From the NCBI GenBank assembly GCA_963836205.1, contig CAWIIV010000006.1:224001-288000 (forward strand): DNA of 64,000 nucleotides, read 5' to 3'. Below the pieces are notes generated by a model. That model ran no database searches and had not been told where the DNA came from. It saw nothing but the letters and a program-made list of their open reading frames with translations. Numbering within the stretch: the first letter of the stretch is position 1; each line of letters begins with the position of its first letter. This stretch comes from an uncultured Acidimicrobiia bacterium. GTDB taxonomy: Bacteria > Actinomycetota > Acidimicrobiia > Acidimicrobiales > AC-14. Positions 58,599-64,000 of this stretch are shown here, piece by piece. The position numbers and the translations under genes were made by a program.

Positions 58599-59504
58599 GT
58601 TCGCACCCACCGGCCCCGCCGGCGCAGCGGCGCGGGCCGGACGACGGCCGCCCTGGCCACGATCGCGGCCCTCGCCCTGGCCGGGTGCTCGCCCGGCGAC
58701 GGCCCGAGCGCCCGCATGGGGTCGGGCCCGCCGCCCACCGTCGCCACGACCACCAGCACAACCACGATCCCGGTCGACCCGGAGATCGAGGACATCGTCG
58801 CCGGGGCGGGCATGACCGAGCTCGGACGCCGACTCTTCCTCTCCGCCGACCCGTCGGTGGAGGACTCCGAGACCCTGATCCAGAGCTGCGCCGACGTCGA
58901 TGCCATCGCTCGTCCCGAGGGGGGCACCTCCCACACCTTCGGCTGCCTGATCGACGGGAAGATCCACCTGCGGGCCTTCGCCGAGCCCGAGGTCCGCGAG
59001 CTCGTCTACGTGGTGGCCGCCCACGAGCTGCTCCACGTCGTGTACGGCCGCCTCAGCCGGTCGGAGCGCCTCGCCCTCGACCCCGACCTGGAGGGGGCCC
59101 GCGTCGACAATGCCCTCCTCGAGGAACGGCTCGAGGTCTACGCGGCCGTCGACGAGGACTCCACCAACGAGGTCCACTCCATTCTGGGCACCGAGTTCGT
59201 CAACCTGTCCGCCACCCTCGAGGCCCACTATGCCGAGTACTTCGACCGGGTCCTGGTGCTCGACGCCTTCCGACGGACCCTGGGCGACCGGGAGGACGAG
59301 ATCCGGTCCCTGAAGGCGTCGATCGCCGACATGGAGGTCGGCCTCGACGAGATCCAGGCCGAGCTCGACGCCCAGCAGGCATCGGGCGACATCGAGGGCT
59401 ACAACGCCAACGTGGCCCGCTTCAACGCCCTGGTGGCAGAGCACAACACGGCCGTGCGCCGGGTGAACGCCCTGGTCGACGAGGACAACCGCCTGACCGG
59501 GTGA
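58599..59504 (+). CDS. Lipoprotein with HExxH zinc-metallopeptidase-like motif and C-terminal coiled coil; start uncertain
   Basis: LAGC lipobox, AHELLH, NEVHS; no canonical start just upstream of the signal. Confidence 0.6.
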   Translation, partial: VRTHRPRRRSGAGRTTAALATIAALALAGCSPGDGPSARMGSGPPPTVATTTSTTTIPVDPEIEDIVAGAGMTELGRRLFLSADPSVEDSETLIQSCADVDAIARPEGGTSHTFGCLIDGKIHLRAFAEPEVRELVYVVAAHELLHVVYGRLSRSERLALDPDLEGARVDNALLEERLEVYAAVDEDSTNEVHSILGTEFVNLSATLEAHYAEYFDRVLVLDAFRRTLGDREDEIRSLKASIADMEVGLDEIQAELDAQQASGDIEGYNANVARFNALVAEHNTAVRRVNALVDEDNRLTG

Positions 59505-59516
59505 CCGCGCCGAGCG

Positions 59517-59795
59517 TCAGTGCGTGAGGTTGAAGAGCTCCGGCTCCTCGCCCACCGAATGCACCGCCGTAACCCCGGGGACCCGATCCTTGAGGATGCG
59601 CTCGATACCGGCCTTGAGCGTCATGGTCGACGCCGGGCAGCTGCCGCAGGCACCGACCAGCTCGACATCGACGACGCCCGTCTCCTCGTCGACACCCACC
59701 AGGGTCATGTCGCCGCCGTCGGACTGCAGTACGGGACGGATGGCCTCGATGGCCTCCATCACCTGGTCTCGCATCATGCTTGCCTCCGTCGACAT
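59517..59795 (-). CDS. NifU/Nfu-type Fe-S cluster protein
   Basis: IRP..DGGD, GACGSC, TLKAGIE. Confidence 0.92.
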   Translation of the reverse strand: MSTEASMMRDQVMEAIEAIRPVLQSDGGDMTLVGVDEETGVVDVELVGACGSCPASTMTLKAGIERILKDRVPGVTAVHSVGEEPELFNLTH

Positions 59796-59847
59796 GCTCA
59801 CGACACTACCAACGCCGATCCGGCCCCCGGCCTTCCCGTAGGCTCCG

Positions 59848-61362
59848 GTGCCCGTGGCCCGCGTCGTCGCCCGCTCCGTCGTCGACCGGGCGGGCCTGGA
59901 GGACTGGCTCCGGCCACGCACCGACCTGCTGGTGGAAGACATCGTGGGCGAGGGCACCTTCGTCCAGCAGGACGGACCCTTCGAGCACTACGAGCGGCGG
60001 GTGGAGGTGGAGGCGGCCGCCGACGGTGAAGGTCGCCACCAGGTGACCCAGACGGTGGACTTCCGCCTGGCCCTGCCGTACTTCCGGTTCCTGTTCAGCC
60101 CGGGCGTGCGCTCCGCCCTCCGCCGGCCTGGCCGGCCCCGGGCACCGTGGTGGGCGCCCCCCGAGCACCTCGACACCGGCGCCGCCACCGCCCTTGGCAC
60201 GCTGGCCATCCTGGCCGTCACCTTCGGCTACCTCAACACCCTGTTCACCCAGACCATCCCCTTCGCGGGGGAGGAGTTCGGGGCCGGCAACAGCGCCCAG
60301 GGGGTTGCCGGCAGCCTCGTCCGGGTGGGGGGGATGATCGCCTTGGTGGTCGTGGCCGCCGCCGACCGCAGGGGACGGCGCTCGGTGATCCTGTTCGCGG
60401 CCACCGCCGGCTGCCTCCTCGCCGTCACCGGTGCGCTGGCGCCGTCGCTCGAGTGGCTGACCGGCAGCCAGATGCTGGCCCGGGCCTTCGCCAGCGCCCT
60501 GTTGGTCCTGGTCACCATCGTGGCCGCCGAGGAGATGCCCGCCGGCTCGCGCGCCTATGCCGTCAGCCTGTTGGCCATGGCCGGGGGGCTGGGCGCCGGC
60601 GTCTGCGTGATGGCCCTCAACCTGGCCGACCTCGGGACCCGGGGCTGGCGAATCCTCTACGTCCTGCCCCTGCTGGCCCTGCCGGCCGTCGCCAGCACCC
60701 GCCACCACCTCAAGGAGAGCCGGCGCTACCTCACCCCCCACCCCCGAGTCCCCATCGCCGGCCACGGGGGACGGCTCCTCCTGCTGGGCGTCTCCGCGCT
60801 CCTGGCCAACCTGTTCGTCGCCCCCAACTCGCAGTTCAGCAACCGCTTCCTGCGCTCCGAGCTCGGGTTCAGCGGAGGCGCCATCGGGCTGTTCTCGGTG
60901 GTCGTGGGCACGCCCGCGTCCATCGGCATCGTGGCCGGCGGGCGCATCGCCGACGTGCGGGGCCGGCGGATCGTGGCCGCCGTCGCCGTCGTGGCCGGCA
61001 CCGCCTGCACGGTGGCGTTCTTCTTCTCCGACGGATGGGGGTTGTGGGTGTGGGCGATCGTCGGCAACGTGCTGTCGGCCGCATCCATCCCCGCCCTCGG
61101 CGTCTACGGCCCCGAGCTGTTCCCCACCGGCCTGCGGGGCAAGGCCAACGGCCTGGTCGCCCTGACCGCCCTGGTGGGCAGTGCCATCGGACTCACGGGG
61201 GCGGGTGTGATGTCCGACCGTTTCGGCACCATCGGGCCGGCCATGGCCGTCCTCTCGGTCGGACCCATGCTGCTGGCGGTGCTGGTGCTCGTCGCCTACC
61301 CGGAGACGGCCCGCCGCCAGCTGGAGGACCTCAACCCGGAAGACCGACCACCCAGTCCCTGA
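59848..61362 (+). CDS. MFS transporter with soluble N-terminal extension
   Basis: DRRGRR and DVRGRR motif A, ELFPTGLRG. Confidence 0.88.
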   Translation: MPVARVVARSVVDRAGLEDWLRPRTDLLVEDIVGEGTFVQQDGPFEHYERRVEVEAAADGEGRHQVTQTVDFRLALPYFRFLFSPGVRSALRRPGRPRAPWWAPPEHLDTGAATALGTLAILAVTFGYLNTLFTQTIPFAGEEFGAGNSAQGVAGSLVRVGGMIALVVVAAADRRGRRSVILFAATAGCLLAVTGALAPSLEWLTGSQMLARAFASALLVLVTIVAAEEMPAGSRAYAVSLLAMAGGLGAGVCVMALNLADLGTRGWRILYVLPLLALPAVASTRHHLKESRRYLTPHPRVPIAGHGGRLLLLGVSALLANLFVAPNSQFSNRFLRSELGFSGGAIGLFSVVVGTPASIGIVAGGRIADVRGRRIVAAVAVVAGTACTVAFFFSDGWGLWVWAIVGNVLSAASIPALGVYGPELFPTGLRGKANGLVALTALVGSAIGLTGAGVMSDRFGTIGPAMAVLSVGPMLLAVLVLVAYPETARRQLEDLNPEDRPPSP

Positions 61363-61882
61363 CCAGGGCGGCCACCTCGCGGTCGCGCCCCCTCAGCCCG
61401 TGGTCGCCTCCCTCCAGCCACAGGTGGGTGACCGGACCGGCGATGGTGGCGGTGGCGGCCTCCAGCTCGGCCGGCGTTCCGAAGGAGTCCCTGGTGCCGG
61501 ACACGAACAGGCAGGGAACGGCGAGCTGGGGCAGGTGCTCGGTGCGGGCCTTCTCCGGACGACCCGGGGGATGGAGCGGGTAGCTGACCAGCACCAATCC
61601 GAGGGCGGGGAGACCGTCGGCCACCGCCATCGAGCACATGCGGCCGCCGAAGGACCGTCCGCCGAGGACGACGCGCCCGGGCGCCAGGCCGGTTCTGGTG
61701 GCGAGGGCGGCGGCCGCATCCCGCACCAGATCGAGGACGGCGGCGGTGGCCTTGCGGGACGGGAGGTCGATGCGCTCGACGGGGACGCCGACCGGGGCCA
61801 GGGCGTCCTCGATGGCGAGGAGCGAGGGGTGGTCGCGCGTCGCACTGGCGCCCGGCGTTACGAGGACGGCCCGGTCGGTCAC
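61331..61882 (-). CDS. Alpha/beta hydrolase (KANL3/Tex30-like)
   Basis: GGRSFGGR, YPLHPPG, GTRDSFG, GGDH. Confidence 0.88.
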   Translation of the reverse strand: MTDRAVLVTPGASATRDHPSLLAIEDALAPVGVPVERIDLPSRKATAAVLDLVRDAAAALATRTGLAPGRVVLGGRSFGGRMCSMAVADGLPALGLVLVSYPLHPPGRPEKARTEHLPQLAVPCLFVSGTRDSFGTPAELEAATATIAGPVTHLWLEGGDHGLRGRDREVAALVRDWVVGLPG

Positions 61883-62580
61883 GGCAGCAGGATCCGGCGG
61901 GCCTCGGTGAGCTCGAGGATGCGCTGGCCGGCTCCCTCCGACTCGGCCCCGTGGTCGGGATGGGACTCGCGCAGCAGCGACCGGAAGCGGCGGACGACCT
62001 CGGCCGGGTCGGGCTCGCTCTCCGGGCCGAAGCCGAGCACCTGGCGGGCCCACCGCTCGTCGGTGGCGAAGCGACGCCACGGGAGCGGTGCCGTCTGGGT
62101 GAGGTCGGCCAGATGGTCGATCAGCTTCTGGTCGAGCGACCCGTCCCACTGGGCCCCCTTGCGGATGGCGGTGAAGACGGCCGGGCGGGCCGACTCGTGC
62201 ACCCGCCCGGCCGCGTAGAGCACGGCGAGGAGTTGGGGGACGGAACGGCCGTGGCCGCTGATCTCGAAGTCGGTGGCCTGCTCGGCCGTCCCGGTGAGCT
62301 TGTGGCGGGTGCGGTCAAGCCCGACGATGTCGGTCTGGAAGCGGTGGCGCAGGCGGGGCTGCTGGACGGTCTCGCCTCCGGCCACGTCGTCGAGAAGGGC
62401 GAGGAAGTCGATCCGCGTCTCGGCGTCGAGCTCCCCCAGGTGGCCGGCGACGATCCCGCCCAGGAGGATGCCCCCGTACCCGGGCGCGGGTTCGGTGGGC
62501 AGCCACATCTGCCCCAGGGCCACCCGGCGGGTGGGCGCGACCGCGCGCGAATGCCGGACCTCGAGCTCAGCCAGCAGCAC
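61879..62580 (-). CDS. Protein with C-terminal J-domain
   Basis: VLGF..RRFRSLLRESHPDHG. Confidence 0.8.
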   Translation of the reverse strand: MLLAELEVRHSRAVAPTRRVALGQMWLPTEPAPGYGGILLGGIVAGHLGELDAETRIDFLALLDDVAGGETVQQPRLRHRFQTDIVGLDRTRHKLTGTAEQATDFEISGHGRSVPQLLAVLYAAGRVHESARPAVFTAIRKGAQWDGSLDQKLIDHLADLTQTAPLPWRRFATDERWARQVLGFGPESEPDPAEVVRRFRSLLRESHPDHGAESEGAGQRILELTEARRILLP

Positions 62581-62603
62581 GGATGCAGGGTAGAGGCCGA
62601 CGG

Positions 62604-62653
62604 CGAACTGGTGACACTTGAGGTCGTCTGGCGACCGGAAGTGTCACCGGTTC
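62604..62653. repeat. Single copy of the ~52-bp palindromic element
   Basis: CGAACTGGTGAC-N27-GTCACCGGTTC. Confidence 0.88.
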
Positions 62654-62666
62654 AAGATCGGGGGGC

Positions 62667-63356
62667 TCAGATGTACGGGCGGAGGGCGTCGCGGAGGGTG
62701 CGGGCCTCGCGGGAGACGGACTCGTCGCCGGCGTCCGACTCGACCGCCTCCAGGGCGGCGGAGGCCAGCTCCCGGATCTGCAGCCATGCCACCGGCTCGA
62801 ACCCGTAGGGCGGCCGCGAGTCCTGCACGATGAGGGTGGCCGCCACCAGCTGCTCGGCGACGCGACCGTCGTCGGGACGTTGGATGAGGCGGTCGGCGGC
62901 GACGAACAGGTCGCCCATGGCCGTGTGGGCCCGCTCGCCGCCGTCGCCGCCACCTTCGAAGTCGTCGTCGTCGTCGTCGTCATCGTCATCGTCGTCGTCG
63001 TCGTCGTCGAACTCGTCGTCGGCGCCCCGCAGCCGACCGATCCTGTCGGCCGACTCCATCTGGTCGAGCAGGCCGTCGACCAGGTCCTCGTCGGCCACGC
63101 CTACCACCAGGGTGAGCCCCGGCTCCCACCGGAAGGCGATGGCCCGTTCCCGCAGCCCGGCCGACAGCCGACCCCGCTCGCCGGCCGACCACTCCTCCAG
63201 CTCGAAGCCGACGTCGTCGTCGTCGCCGCCCCCGTCGACAGGGCCCTCGACCAGCGTCGGTTCGGGCCGGTCGACGAGGGAGAGCTTGCAGTCCCAGCAG
63301 CGGGTGTCGCTGACTGAGAACTCGGCGCCGCACCACGGGCAACAGGCCACGATCAT
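62667..63356 (-). CDS. Hypothetical protein with N-terminal zinc ribbon and poly-Asp tract
   Basis: CPWC..CWDC; ATGA overlap with upstream gene. Confidence 0.75.
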   Translation of the reverse strand: MIVACCPWCGAEFSVSDTRCWDCKLSLVDRPEPTLVEGPVDGGGDDDDVGFELEEWSAGERGRLSAGLRERAIAFRWEPGLTLVVGVADEDLVDGLLDQMESADRIGRLRGADDEFDDDDDDDDDDDDDDDDFEGGGDGGERAHTAMGDLFVAADRLIQRPDDGRVAEQLVAATLIVQDSRPPYGFEPVAWLQIRELASAALEAVESDAGDESVSREARTLRDALRPYI

Positions 63357-64000
63357 GCCCGCGTCCTCTCCCCGACCGCCCAGAACCCGAAGACATCGCC
63401 CAGGGTCTTCACGATCTCCCCCTCGGTGGCGTACGCCCGCACCGCGTCGATGATCACCGGCATGAGGTTGACGTCGGGCCGGCCGGCGTCGGCGGTCACC
63501 CGGGCCAGCGCCGAGGCGACGGCCCGATCGTCGCGCCCCGCCCGCACCTCCGCCAACCGTTGGCGTTGACGGGCCTCCCCGTCCCCCGGGCCTTCGTCGA
63601 CCAAGGTCGCCCCCCCACTGCTCGACCCGTCGGTGAAGCGGTTGACCCCCACGACCACCCGCTCCCCCCGCTCGACCTGGCCGGCCTGCTCGAAGGCGGC
63701 GTCGGCGATCCGGCGCTGGAACCATCCCCACTCGATACCGGCCAGCACCCCATCGAGCATCGAGCCGTCGCCCATCTTGTCGATCTCGGTGAGCATCTCC
63801 CCCGCCCGCGATCCGATCTCGTCGGTGAGCGACTCCACCAGCCACGACCCGCCCAGGGGGTCGGCCACCGATGCCACGCCCGTCTCGGCGGCGATGACCT
63901 GTTGCGTGCGCAACGCGAGGCGGGACGTGTGGTCGGTGGGCAGCCGCAAGGCCTCGTCGAGGGCGTTGGTGTGCATGCTCTGGGCCCCGCCCAGCACCCC
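63353..64000 (-). CDS. Methylmalonyl-CoA mutase family large subunit, 5'-partial
   Basis: QSMHTNALDEA, RTQQ, DPLGGS, VVGVNRF, ATEGEI. Confidence 0.92.
   Translation of the reverse strand, partial: GVLGGAQSMHTNALDEALRLPTDHTSRLALRTQQVIAAETGVASVADPLGGSWLVESLTDEIGSRAGEMLTEIDKMGDGSMLDGVLAGIEWGWFQRRIADAAFEQAGQVERGERVVVGVNRFTDGSSSGGATLVDEGPGDGEARQRQRLAEVRAGRDDRAVASALARVTADAGRPDVNLMPVIIDAVRAYATEGEIVKTLGDVFGFWAVGERTRA

Overview
High-GC actinobacterial chromosomal window; gene content and protein style suggest Acidimicrobiia (inference). Core genes: ilvBNC and ilvD with a leader-peptide attenuator, serC and an aminotransferase, egtBCD, gatCAB, a PASTA Ser/Thr kinase, ligA, iscS-mnmA, the RDD/SpoIIM/DUF58/MoxR/DUF4350/DUF4129 cluster, and glgE-treS-mak-glgB plus glgP. 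Accessory parts: three LARTG-anchored surface proteins (one a candidate functional amyloid), two toxin-antitoxin pairs, a Uma2 nuclease, a PrsW remnant, a lower-GC lipoprotein/PKD-like module, and a divergent pair of an HTH-TM-CBM-like regulator and a secreted clan GH-A hydrolase sharing a CBM-like domain. The most unusual non-genic signal is unbroken chains of GTGA-overlapping mini-ORFs bridging intra-operon gaps (moxR to DUF58, glgE to treS), one running through a dispersed ~52-bp palindromic repeat that carries GTGA on both strands. At least six single-base frameshifts in otherwise intact genes suggest assembly indel errors. All family calls come from motif recognition, not database searches. 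No rRNA, tRNA or CRISPR array was seen.
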